Origin: Dendrobates tinctorius
Lineage: Eukaryota
DNA: 64,000 nucleotides
Assembly: GCF_039654945.1 (NCBI RefSeq)
Contig: NW_027361878.1
Span: 23,188,001-23,252,000, forward strand
Direction of reading: 5' to 3'
Position numbers and translations under genes: made by a program. The notes beneath the pieces were generated by a model. It did not search any database. It was given only the letters and a program-made list of their open reading frames with translations, and was not told the origin of the DNA. Within the stretch, counting starts at the first letter, position 1, and each line of letters starts with the position of its first letter. Shown here in pieces: positions 11,956 through 47,100 of this stretch.

Positions 11956-12281
11956 GGGTGTGTTCCACACGCTGCGGATCTGCAACGGATTTGGCCCTGC
12001 GGATCCGCAGCAGTACCTTTATTTTCTATGGAAAATGAAATGCGCAGTGCACATGCTGTGGATTTTTCCGCACGGATTTGCTGCGGTTTCAAATCCGCAG
12101 CATGTCACTACTTTGTACGGAATCTGCAGCTGTTTTACACCTGCTCCATTGTAGAGGTGTCAAACCGCAGGGGAAAACCACTGGCAAATCCGCAGATAAA
12201 CCGCAGGTCTTTTAACCTGCGGATTTTGCCAAATCCGCGCTTAAAAATCCGCAGCACAATCCGCAATGTGTGCACTTACCC
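11956..12281. mobile_element. MITE, PIF/Harbinger-like GCGG/CCGC-rich family
   Basis: Imperfect TIRs, TTA/TAA flanks; similar to 18763-19105 and 59723-60057. Confidence 0.65.
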
Positions 12282-13383
12282 TAAAGGGGTGCTCCACTCT
12301 TTTATCCAGGGAATGCATCATTAATATCGGATCAGTGGGGGTCCATCTCCTGTCACACTCACCAAGCAGTTAGGGAGCTGAGCTGTGTAGCTGCTGCTGC
12401 CGGGTACTGCAGATCCACTCTTAAGCCCCCTCACACTGCGATATCGCTAGCAATATCGCTGTAAAGTCACCGATTTTGTGACGTAGCAGTGATATTGCTA
12501 TCGATATCGCTGCATGTGATACTTACCTCTGACCGTCTCCCCCGCTGGTTACCGCTGATCGCGCGAGAAGCTCCTGGATCATTTCTCGTCGGTCACTTCC
12601 TGCGGCGCTTCCTGCTGTGACAACGAGCGACGCGTGGAGCCGGGCGGGAGGACGCAGGATCGCCGCGACTGACAGGTAAGTAGTGATCCCCGTCCCCAGC
12701 GATGTCGCTAGTGAGATCTGCCTGTGTGGCAGCTCACTAGCGACCACCTAGCGATGCACCAGCGATCCTGACCACGTCATATCGCTGGTCGGGATCGCTG
12801 GTGAGTCGCTAGGTGTAACGGTATCCTTATTCCTTCTAATCGGATATTGATGACCTGTCGTAAGGATAGGTCATCAATATAAAAAACCCTTTAAAGTTGA
12901 ATTACTTTCAGCCTTTGCTTCTGTTTCCAAATTCCAACACGAGTTGTCTGTGCTCAGCAGGTGGTTGGTCATGTGCACGAGGTAAGGGTCACCTGACCAG
13001 GAGACTTTGGGACACATGTAATCTGCATGGACTTCAGACCCCTTTACGTTGCCTGTCCATAAAATGCTTACTTGCAACAATTAGTCCATTACAAATGTGC
13101 AGCTGGTGAAGGAGCAAAATTTGCATTCACCAGTTGATTCAATAGTCAATGGGGACCTAAAAATCATAATGGTTGGCAGCACATGTCCAGTCTAAACTGT
13201 ATGGGCACTTAATGATTATTCGGTTCCCATACAGTTTGCATTGCCTCATGTTAAACAAGCACCGATTGACTTGTTAGATCTGTAATCAGCACTCACTATG
13301 GGCAGAAATCTGCCCATATAAACTAGTTTTTACCAATGACACCAGTCACAGAGTGATATTTTCTGCAATTATTGCTTCATTCT

Positions 13384-13726
13384 AGGGGTTGTCTGGTCCA
13401 AATCAATAAGTCTGCAGCCGACGCTCTGTGTGACTGCAGACTTATGAAACCCCCAATGCAGGGATTGGCCGGTTTCTGAGCCAGGGACTGGAGGGTATAT
13501 GAGTTCTACATGCTCCCGGACAATGTGTGCAGCCTCTCTCCATGCAAGTGTATGCAGTGAGGCCACGCTCATTGCCCCAAAGCATTTATAACTCATGCGT
13601 ACCCTCCTGTCCAGGGTCTGAAACCGGCGAATCCCTGTAACTCACAGTGCGTGTGCTTTGGGGATTCATAAGTCTGCAGTCACACAAAGCAACTACAGAC
13701 TTATAGAGTTGGACCGGACAACCCCT
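13384..13726. mobile_element. T2/Kolobok-type MITE
   Basis: TIR AGGGGTTGTCTGGTCCAA...TTGGACCGGACAACCCCT; related copies at ~42594-42900 and 45311-45641. Confidence 0.6.
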
Positions 13727-15792
13727 TTTAACAGCAAGGCACTGTCTTATAGAGGACCTGTCACCAGCTCAGAAATGTGCAGTTTGGGCTCTTATTTTAT
13801 TCTGGCTGCTTCCTTGAGTATTTATTTATTTTTTCTTTTAAAACCTGCTATACAGTAACAGATATGGGCCTTTCATCGTAGTATTCTAATTTTTATGGTC
13901 TTTATCAAAGGGGCGTGACTCACAGGGTGATAGTGCAGAGCAGACTAAAGACACGCCCCTGAGGATCCTGGGAAGCTATCTTATCTGTAAAGACCATGAA
14001 AATTGGCATTAATGGGTGCACTAAATAAAAAGGCCCATATCGCTGTAACCGATTTTTAAAAAGAAAAATACAGAATACTTAGGGGAGCAAAAACTTGCCA
14101 CTTTTGACTTGACAGGTCATCTTTAAATGAACGTGTCTGCACATGACCCCCTGATGAGTGGCTAAGATCAAGGGGAGTTCTGCTACAGAGACCTCCAACG
14201 ATCTGATATTTCCAAGGAAAGTAGCCAACTTGTCATCTTTCTTGCACAGTCATTGCAGGGGAAATAAATCCCTTTATGCTGCTTTTACCTTTGCTGTAGA
14301 TATACATTTTTGCAACATGCTCTTATGCAGGTTGTTTTAGATATTTGGTACAGGTGTTGCACTAAGGGTAGGATCACATCATTTTTTTTTTTTTATTTGG
14401 TGCGGATTCTCTTGCAGAAACTCTGCAGCGTAATACAGGATGAGCGAAGTATATGAGATGGCAACAAATATCATTACACGTTGCAGAAAATTTCTGCATG
14501 GAAATTGAACTGCGTTGTATAGATTTTAACATGTACAGCATGGGAATTCTTAGTGCCGAATCATTGCAGATTTCATCCTTGGTAATGGAAAGGGTGAAAA
14601 AAATGTGTAAAAGCTGTAATAAATTCTGCAAACAGTACGCCTGGATTTTGCGTCAAATTCTGCTGCAGTGTTGCTGAGCAAAAAAAATCAACTCTAAATG
14701 CAACATAGGAATCTACCCCGAAATTCCTCCGACAAACTGCAAAAGAGCATGTCACAGAAATGTAAATCTACTGCATGCGCCGACTGTCTTGAATTTTTTT
14801 TTTTGTTACATTTTTCTATAAATTTCACCCACTGTTTTGTTACTAGAAAAACCTGTGTACATGCAGACTGTTCAAGGAAATGGATAGGGATAAATGTGTG
14901 AATATGGCTTTGCATTGCAATTGGGCTATCCATTTACTCTCAGTCACATGTTTTTGTTGGTTTTTGTTTTTGGTGCAAAATCTCCTTGCAATTTTTTTTT
15001 TGTAAATTGCAGCATGTCAATTTTTGTTGCGGAAATGCACATTTTTGGGCACAGATTTTACTTATTCATTTTAATGGGGACTCTTAATCCGCCAGCCTGA
15101 CATTGTTTTACTGCATCATTTTTTTGTGCGTTTCCACACAATAAAAAAAAAGCTCAGTTGAAAACGCATGAATAAATGCAGAAATGTGTGTGGATTTTAG
15201 ATGCAGACGTGGTGTGGATTTTAGTTTGGAAATCATCAACTAAAATCTGCAGCAGATATAAGACGTGGGAACCTAACCTCCAAGATGGGAGAAACATAAC
15301 TGCATTCTTCCAGGAACAGTACCACACCTACCTATGGATTTGTGTCTGACACTTAGTGCAATAGTGCCTAGCCGCTACTCCACACTCAACGTGGACAGGT
15401 ATTGCACTGCAATGATTAGCTCAGAGAAGAGAATTTTACGGTGAGTACACAAAAATCCATTTATTTATTTTTTTTAACACCGCAGCCATATTTTTTCAGT
15501 TCTGACACAAAAAAAGGTGCTTTGGTTCACCTGCTCCCTATTAAATGTAAAACTTAGTACAGCTGCTATGTGGGAACACGCCAATATGAATTCTTCCATC
15601 ATACATAAAGCAAAAACTAGTCATAATGCTATTTGCAAATTTTTGCAAGCCCCGGGACACGTTCTCTAAATACATGTACAAGCAAAACTTGTTTTATAGT
15701 GGACAGGATTCACATAAGGAATGATTAGAATGCATTTTATTTCCTAATACTGACAAAAACATTCCTTTCTTTTCACAGAACACTTCTTTATA

Positions 15793-24140
<8,348 letters not shown>

Positions 24141-26066
24141 GAGAGATGAAATCCCTATGTACTTTCCTAGTAAAGAGCCAGAGGATACAAGCTGGGACTT
24201 CATAGTGAATGTATAGGACAAGCAATGTTTATTCTCCATGCACACATTCTTCCTGTAATGCATTATGGACTGTTAAGGAAGATATTGCAGAATTGGTGCA
24301 GGCATGTATGCAATATGACGTGGCTATACTTGGACATAGCAAGAAGATATATGGATCAGCTATGTGGCAGCAAAGCCTTTTAGTTATTTTTAATTTAATT
24401 TAGCAAAGTTCTGATATCCTATGGTAGGATAAGCCATAGGAAGAATTGCCGGGAGTCCTTCCATCCTTCAGACATACTCTTGAGCCATAGCCTTGCTCCC
24501 ATAAGTAAGCAATAGGGCACATCACTCAGTTCCTGGATGATGACTTAGTGTTACGTGTCCCTCTTTCTCTTACTGTTCACGTAGAACTTTATCGCTGTCA
24601 GTTTATTTTTTAAGAATCTGCCCGGCTATCCCCCCAAAATGTGGGATTTTCAGTCCATTTTGGGAATCTACCTTTTCTTTACTAGGAGAAAACAGTTTGC
24701 TCAATAATTTAGTTTTAAAACACTATGGATAATTGCAGGTGCTGGCCATGGTGGGAAGGGGCCGTTGAAATTTTAAAGGTGCACTTTTATTTTGCAAACC
24801 CAGGTTTGCTCATGTGTAATACTTAATATGAAGCTACTACACATTTGGTGACGTTCTGGTCCATTACTTGCTGAATTGATTCCAAATGTAAGGAGAAAAC
24901 GAGTCTGGCTTGTGGATTTTTGTAAGCTTAAGTCTACGCTGATCACATGTAGAGACCTGGATTATGCACCATGTACTGTCCTACGTGGTTTGTGTCACAT
25001 GTATGTTACTGGTTTTCCTGAACTATAAGATCCAATGGTCATTAGGGTAGAGAATAATGCTACTCTACAATGGCAGTTTGCAGAGAGGTCAAGAAACAGC
25101 CCCCACATTACATTAAAAGGGTTGTCTGGATGAATACTGTAATGTTGATGATCATCAATAGCAGATGTTACCTACTTTGGTAGTGGTTGGACGTAAGCAC
25201 TGAACGGATCAGCACAGCTCCATCCACTGTGTAGCAGTCACTGAGGAGTATGGCGTATTGGCTCCTAAGAACAGAATACTGCAGTTTGTGGCAGCAGCCG
25301 CTACACCTTGTGCAGAGCTGTGCCGTTCCACTCCGTCCAGTATTTACATCCAGCTGCCGCCAGAGATGATAAAAACTGAACAGGGAGGGGGCAAGAATGT
25401 TGTCCCTCAACCCCGATCAGGCTCGGGCTGGCCCACAGGAGAATCCTCCTGTAGGCCTCCCCTGTGAAGGATTGCTAATGAGTAGTGCTATTACACTTTA
25501 TACCTTTTTTTTGCAAATTGGGAATCATCTAATCAGTCATTAAAGAAGCTAGCCAAATTAATATTACATAGACGCAAAAGTAAATTTATGTACTAGGGTC
25601 AGGGTTTGTTTGCATGTAGCTGAACAGTGGGCAACCGAGAATCAGTGTTACTGGCGGGCCTCTGCCAACCCAGTCTGACATTGATACCGATTATATATGA
25701 TACATACAGCTGGTGTGAAAAGATTCCCAGGACCTGGTAATCTGTGGAGCAATGAGAACTGCCCCTTCCCTGACTGCATCCATTGCTCTTCTTTGGTGAG
25801 ACATTGAGCCAGGCCAGCTAATCAAAAGAAAAATTTCTCTCACCACTCCATATTTGATGTGTAAGGAACCCACCGGCCACCAGGCAACACAGATTGAGCG
25901 TAACCCGCCAGCCACCGGGCAACACTGAGCGTTACCCGCCGGCCAACGGGCTTGGTAACGCTACCTATTAGATCCTGGAGATCTACACCATTCAGCCATT
26001 CTAGATGTAAAATTCTTCCTTATTCAATATGTATAACATCCAGGATTAGACGGACTACAGTCAAAA

Positions 26067-26316
26067 GGCACAGTGCTGCGGATGAATCTACGCGTTTCAA
26101 ACAAGCTTGTTCTTAATCATGGTCTAAGTCTCATGATACCTATACCATGATTAACAAGTTTCTTTGAAACTCTTTCTCCTCTGGTATTGATTGTTTCTAA
26201 GCTGGTGCTTTTCTTTCTTTTTTTGGACTTGTGATGAGGTCTAGCTGTCCAAACTATGTATTGGGAATTTTGTGCTAATTTCTTTGAAACGTGTAGGTTA
26301 ATCCACAGCACTGCCA
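26067..26316. repeat. Fold-back element with an A3-U8 hammerhead-like motif (Penelope-like remnant)
   Basis: 26067-26101 is inverted at 26283-26316; minus strand ATGATTA-A-GAAC AAGCTT GTTT-GAAACGCGTA at 26089-26120. Confidence 0.55.
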
Positions 26317-28535
26317 TATGGTTATAATCCATCTAACCACAGATGTATTTTTACTAATAAAAAGAAGAGCCACCGATGCAGTCAGGAAAGAGATGGCGCT
26401 CAAGGTCCTTGTACAGCAGTCACAGATTGCAACTGTGGCCGATTGTGCAAATCTATCCGTATTAAGTCTAATCATTTTATATGCCCAAACAACCCCTTTA
26501 AGCATTGATACTGATGGCATTATTTGACGCTACTGTACCAAACTTTTTAGCTTTACCACTTTTGTTTGACTGATGAAAGCCATTGCAGTCACAAATTAAT
26601 ACAGCCTTATGAGTTATCATGGCACTATTCAAACGTCTATTCAAACGTCTAGGTTTCCCTACCAGGGCTAAAGCCTTGTCTTGCACAGATATAAAAAATA
26701 TCTTATGTAGCAACGCATGCAACTTTTTTTCAATATTACCGCCATGCACGGACAGCGCTATCACAACAATCCACGTGCTCCTACCAAGGCATGCTGTCAG
26801 TCAATCTTCCTTCTTCAAATTAATGGAAAGAATAGAGAGTGCTGGATGTGTCCTTAGGCTCTCATCTAAGAAAAGACTGACACCTTAGAACATTACATCA
26901 TGTTTTACTTGAACCAATGCATCATTGATATTGGCAATCTGGTTGTGATACAAGATACGGGAAACTTCTTTAATCCACCAAGCATGATAAGTCCTAGCCG
27001 TACAGCAACATTGCATGCAACAAGTATTACCGGAACAGGACCCTGGCAGTCACATTAGCTGTTCTGGAATCTTAACCTAGAAATTGGGTGGAATATTCGC
27101 TCTGATTTACAGCAAATTATTAGGAGGGATCAGGATAGCATTTCCTAGAGAAAGACAAGATTTACAAGGGATTTGAAGCAGGAGCGGACACAGACAGGAG
27201 AGGCCCCTGGACAAGAACAGTATGTGGGCCATTTGCAATCTCTTTACTCATTATAATGCAGAATTTAACCGGCTTTGGAGGTAGAGGTGGCCCCCTTATG
27301 GATGCACAAATTGCGTCAATGGTACATTTGTCCCTTTGTTCATTCGCGTTTTGGCGATAGACTATTCCTCTAATCTTTCCTTGCTATAATATTGCAAACA
27401 CAGCCCAGCTGCCTCATTCATGGGATGTCTATACTGACTACAAGTCTATAGACACAGACCAAAATCAGTCATGCAAGTTCAGCTACAGGCATGTTTCGCC
27501 TCGGCTACTGTAAGCCAAAACAAGGAATTGATCCAAATCATAGATAATGTACAAGTCTCGTCTTCCCTTTTTGATTTTTTTTTTTTTTTTTTTACAAGTC
27601 CCGGCTTGAGCCACTGCTGTGATTATCATATCTGGAGACGATGTAGATGAGCTGCAGCCGTGTTTTCCTAATGGTAAAGCTGTAATGCCATTAGGTCAGC
27701 GAGGGTTTGGACTCCCATAAATAACAGTGGCAGTACAGTCCTTTTATTGGTTATTGCAAAGGGAAGCATGTATTGTTAATGTTGCAGAGGATTATCATCA
27801 TGTCTGTTTCTTCCCGATGGAGAAAGAAGGACACCAGTGCAGCGCCCTGCCTTGGCCAATATCGCCCCTCCGCATGCATATAAAATTAACTCCAAAAATC
27901 CCATTAAGTCTTACCAAGCCTATTTACTCCTCTGCCCTCAGTTCAACTCAGTGATAACTTTACCTTAACTGAAGTCCCCGAGTAATCTGGCACAGACTGA
28001 CAAATCCTGTTAGGAAAAAATGTTTGGTAGACAGTGCATCCTGAGGAAACCGGTCCGTTGCATTACCATTTATGGCAAAATATATGGAAACCAAACTCGG
28101 ACCATATATATGGCTGTATGCATTATATTTTCCATTTAGCACAGAGCAATAAATGCCGTAATAGGTAAATTTATACGAGCACGATCACGATCTTCACATT
28201 TACGATCTGTTCTGTTCATTGCTCACTTCTGCAAGGCCATACAAGTGTCAAGAACCCTACAAGAGGAAGTGGGTGCATGAAAAGACATTAGTGATTCACA
28301 AAAGCATGTGATCAAAGCTAAAAAAAAAAAAAAAAAAAAAGCTGATGTTTCTCCAGCTTCTTCTATCAGTCTGAAAAACGGGCACAGGTGGCGTCCGATG
28401 ACGCTGCATTCCAATTTTTCACAGATCCATAGACTTACATCCAGTGCTCAAATTAGTATTGGACAAGTTATTGTGCAGCCCGCTTGGGTCCGAGGAGGTA
28501 GGGGGGATATTGGACATGTGAAACACCCCCTCGGC

Positions 28536-28708
28536 CAGTGTTCCCCAACCCCAATCCTCACGAGCCACCAACGGTTCATGTTTTCAGGATTTCCTTAGTA
28601 TAGGCCCAGGTGATAATTGCAGTACCTGCACCGTCAATTCCATCACCTGGGCAATACTAATGAAATCCTGAAAACATGACTCTTGAGGAATGGAGTTGGG
28701 GAACACTG
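28536..28708. mobile_element. hAT-type MITE
   Basis: TIR CAGTGTTCCCCAAC / GTTGGGGAACACTG; TSD CCCTCGGC versus CCCTAGGC. Confidence 0.8.
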
Positions 28709-29936
28709 CCCTAGGCTTATGCTATTCATGAAAAACACATATTGCACCCGTATGAGAGAAACTGACATCTGCATGAGCCCTTAATAGCATTTAAAACCCT
28801 CAGTATATAAAATGGACCCAATAGTAAGAATGAGCTCTCAAGTGAAGCCATCTGGATCAGTACTAAAATGTAGAGAAAGGTGCATTGGCTTTTGATCTTT
28901 TGGGAAAAAAAAGCAAGAGTCAGACAAATGAATAGAGGTTCGTGTTTTTGTTTTTTTTTTTTGTGGAGCATTTTCTCCATTATATTCACCGCGTTATGTC
29001 TTCAGATCACATGTATGAAAAGCAAAGCAAAAAGTCAGTAAGGATCGAAACAGTTCATTAACCAAATGATCACCTATTTCCCTTAGCATGCATTTTTGGT
29101 TTGGCCATGTTACTTTCACTAGCTACTCCTCTCCAAACTGCACCAGTATTAGTCGATGGGCTCAATGAATTTTCCGCTGATATTAAGGTAAAGTGTAAAT
29201 TGCAGTTCAATATAGAAGAAGTGATATATGCAGACAAATGAGGAGCTATAGCTTCTGTCCGATACTAGGTTATTCCCCCAGCTTGGGGAATATATTGGTC
29301 AGTTCTGACATCTTGATAACATAAATCCTGTCTTTTACTTCATTTACTATATAAGGGACAGTTTTTTCCACAGCTAAAAACAATATGCCAGCGAGGTACC
29401 TACGACCTGCAGTATTTGAGGGGACCTGGTCTTTTGGTCTAGTGTTGTGTTGCCTTCCCTTGCAGTTACACTACATTCTGCTCTCCTGCGCTTCTAGTAT
29501 TCTTACTACAGTCCCTGAAGTACTGGTATTTTTGTCTTGATGTCCTCTATCCTCCATGTTATCACACCTCTGTATTTTGGTTGGTTACCCTCGTACTGGT
29601 GGATGATCTACTGTACATAGCCTATAGAATAATGTGCATATGTAATATACCTCATGGCTTATATACACATATATACAGACCGTTGTATATTATTAAGGCT
29701 CTCATGGGCCTGAACTGCAATAAACATCAGGGAGATTTCATGTTTTGTTCTGATCATTTGGGCACACAATGTAAGCCTCATTCAACACAGTCTAAGTACG
29801 AACCACAATGCCCAGACCTGCCATGGGTCTCGTAGGCCTGTATGAGGCCATAAAGATCAGTTTAGGAGATCCCCCGGCAAGAGGCTTTGGGGCGCTAGTC
29901 TCAGAAAAGACGCAAGATATCCAACAGGTAACATCG

Positions 29937-29942
29937 TTTAAT
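29937..29942 (-). terminator. Probable trmt112 polyadenylation signal (ATTAAA)
   Basis: Minus-strand ATTAAA ~60 nt after the stop codon. Confidence 0.5.
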
Positions 29943-30001
29943 AAGAACGGACATAAAGGGTGGCGAGATGATATTTACAGGCCAGGGAACAGGGTGGCTC
30001 T

Positions 30002-43812
<13,811 letters not shown>

Positions 43813-44069
43813 TCTCCGGTACCGGCACCCACGTGCTTCACACTTCAACTACTTCCGGGGACGTAGGGAAGGTCACCGCAGGTCTGCAGCTCCGCCTCCG
43901 ATTCGTGTTGCTAGGTAACCGTTACCGAACGCAGGAAGTTTCTAAGCGCATGCGCATTGGGGGGTTGTTGAGGCACACGCATGCGCTTTAGCCGCTTAGC
44001 GTAGGTGGGCGTGTCCTCCCTCCAGTACAGTCATGCCACCGCCCCCCTTGTGGCCCGCCCTTAGTTGTC
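43813..44069. promoter_or_regulatory. Bidirectional CpG-rich promoter shared by trmt112 and prdx5
   Basis: 257 bp between divergent ATGs. NRF1 GCGCATGCGC 43946-43955 and a second site 43977-43986; ETS ACTTCCGG 43851-43858; X-box GTTGCTAGGTAAC 43907-43919; GGAAGGTCA 43867-43875; GC boxes. Confidence 0.85.
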
Positions 44070-44162
44070 ATGGCTCTTCGATTGCCCGTATCATTCCTCC
44101 TTCTGTCACCGCTGCGTACAGTCGCCAGGAGCGGAGTGCGAAGCAGAGCCATGTCTATCAAG
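44070..44162 (+). CDS. prdx5: prdx5 exon 1 (mitochondrial presequence plus MSIK)
   Basis: MALRLPVSFLLLSPLRTVARSGVRSRA-MSIK then donor GTAAC. Confidence 0.88.
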
Positions 44163-47100
44163 GTAACCGCGCTGTGTGTACTTCGGACCCGCCGGCACAT
44201 GCGGCGCGTTATCAGGGCTGATATTATCGTCCTGTGCTAATAATAGCTCCTATGTCAGTGCTGGCGTGTAATAACGTCTGTAGTGTCAGTGATTGAAGTC
44301 CCCCCATGACTGACACCGTTCACACGGGGCGTTTATGGCTCAGATAGTTGTCAGAAACGCCTGAGCTCCATGTATCCGGGGATTCAATGATTTATTTACA
44401 CCAATTCTCTAGTATTTGTGCCAAAACCTGAGATTACAGCGCTCAGGGGGAGCAGTGAAGTACGACGTCTATATTATTGCATTTCTACATAAAACATGTA
44501 AAAAGTTGCCTATTCCAGTCTGAAAAAGACGCAGAACGTTTAGGAGGAGACTAAATCTGGCCGATTTATGTCGGTCTTAATAATTAGGTTCCCAGCAACG
44601 AGAATCGCCTTATCGCGGCTGCCGGGCACACGTGAATCGGCCAATATATGTGCTAGATATTCTCATTTTTTCCGATTTTCTAGAGCAGTAATGTAATTTG
44701 GATTTTATATGTTTGACGTTCCCATGCACAACTGAAGACGGCCGCTCTCCGTATGCGCCTGTTCACATCTGATCTGTTTGGAAGTGACTGTCCGTTTTTT
44801 GATATTTCAATAATAAGTACACGGGTGTAAGATGCGCCTGTTTTAGTAGGAAAAAAGAGAAACCCCCCCCCCATCAGCTCACGAGATCATGCCATTTAGT
44901 GGGGTGCCAGGGTCCCCAACAGCAAATCAGAGGAAAAAAGACAAAATCCAGCACCAAAAAAAGGAAAAAATATAATTAAAAAAACAATTTTACCTATGAG
45001 TAAAGTCATAGAGGACCAAAACACTTGTTTGTTTGTTTTTTCTTGGATCCCCTCCTTTTTTTATCTTCTATGTTGATTACTGATTTTAATTGTTTTTTGT
45101 TTGTTTGTTTTTTAATTTTTTGGTACTATATTTTTTTTTTTCCTTCGTTTTATTAGAAACCTTATCTCACTTAAAGGGGCCGTCCAATACTTTTATATCG
45201 ATGGTCTGTCCCTTAGGTTATTAATACCAGATCGGCTGTTTCTGCTGCTTGGTGTGATTAGTTGCGGAAAAGCAGAGCTCTGTTAACTGCATAGTCGCCA
45301 TCGATATTAAAGGGGTTGTCCGGCCTTAAACTCTGTGTGACTGCAGACTTGTGAGGATTCCCCAAGAGAGCCATGTATGTGACCGCAAGGATGTAATTTG
45401 CATGCATACGGTCACATGCAGACTAGACGTGCACTGCCCTGCTCAGGGCAAGTGTATTCAGCGAGACCGGACACGTCTAGTCGGAATGTGGCCGGGGAAG
45501 TGTGAAAATCGCCTACGTATGGTCATGAGCCCACCATTCCACACAGCAAGCAGTGAACGCGATGGGAGCATTCGCAAGTCTGCAGTCACATAGAATGGCT
45601 GCTGAGTCTGCTGACCTGTAGCCTTAAGGCCGGACAACCCCCGTTTTGTCCATTTACAGCTGGGTTCACACTGTGCATGTTCCATAGAGTTTTTACACTT
45701 TTATGTGTTATTTTGGTTCATGAACTCTCTAGAGATTAAAGTAAAAACTCATTGTCAAAATGTTAAGGAAAAAAAATGCTTTTTTTTTTTTTTTTTTTTT
45801 AGATCCACTAGCTTCATTTTTTGGAAAGCGTTTCCACCACAAAATCAGTTACAACACGTGACTTTTGTATCGGCTTATGGTCGACTGGGTGACCACGTTA
45901 AGGTCACAATTACCGCCCCGGGTTTTCCACGTTCCTTACTTGAGTTTCATGCGCTTCTACACTTAGAAAAAATCCGATCCGTTCCCTCACCGAGGTCTGA
46001 TTTCTTCTACTGTGTGATACTCCTGCTCCAAATCACTTCTTGCTCATTTTTTTCTTTTTTATCAGCCATGAAGTTCTCGTTTAGTCCCATGGTTAATGTA
46101 ACGTCCTGATCTGTAATGTTAGGTTCACGCTGAAGCCCGCGCCGAATCTGGAGGTCTAAGCTGGCCCGTTATAGTCAGGGGTCCACCCATTGTTTCCTAT
46201 ATGAAACTGAACGAGGCGAACAAGAAGCCGACCTGTCTGATAAGTGATTTCTCTTCAAGGTTGGAGATCCTCTACCGGACGTGCAGATCTTTGAAGGAGG
46301 TCCTGGAAACAAGAAAAGCGTCAGAGATGTGTTCGGAAAGAAGAAAGGGGTGCTGTTTGGAGTTCCAGGGGCTTTTACACCAGGGTGCTCCAATGTAAGT
46401 TGTCTGGTTAGAGAGAAGAGGCCCCCGGCCGCGGTCCCGTCCAGCCCCCGGCCGCGGTCCCGTCCAGCCACCTCAGGACTGTATATATATCAGGATCGTA
46501 GGCACTCAGGTTATCAGATAACCCAGTCCGATTTATCTTGTGGCTTGGTCCTAAACATCCCTGAGAGCTGTCGTTTCCCCTGAGAATAAGTGGTGGTGGC
46601 ATTTGCCAACACTTCTGTAACAGTAATTACCGCTCTAGGGCCGGTGTGGAAATGTCTCGCCTCTGAGTGGTTTCTTATTGCCTAACGTAACCCTAAAAGA
46701 ATCTTTCGTAACCAGTGGCCTAACGGGCAGCACAAGGGACATCAAGAGAAAATGTAACAAAATGACGGGGTTTATTGGTTACCACATTTTCAATTGCATC
46801 ACTTAAGTTTCATGGAAGTTTCTTTTAGGGCTTCCTCATTTATTAAATTTTATAACACAACTTTTTTTTGTATTTGGCTTTTAGTATTATTTATTGTCAT
46901 TTTGTACATATTTTTCCTGTAATTTATTTCTACACTGAAAAAAAAAAAAAAGCCGCCATATTCTAAGCATGCTGTTTTTTTTTTTTTGTTTGTTTTTTTT
47001 GTGTGTACAAAAACACCAAAAATTCATTTTAGGCAGCGTAGTTATAATTTTATGATACCACCATCAGGTAGCATGATATATTCAGAGGCAAAACAAAAAA

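Noticed and set aside
26400-27180. Several 80-90 aa ORFs next to a hammerhead-like motif, considered as Penelope RT/GIY-YIG or an extra gene
   Set aside because: No RT or GIY-YIG motif and no convincing exon structure in the frames I translated.
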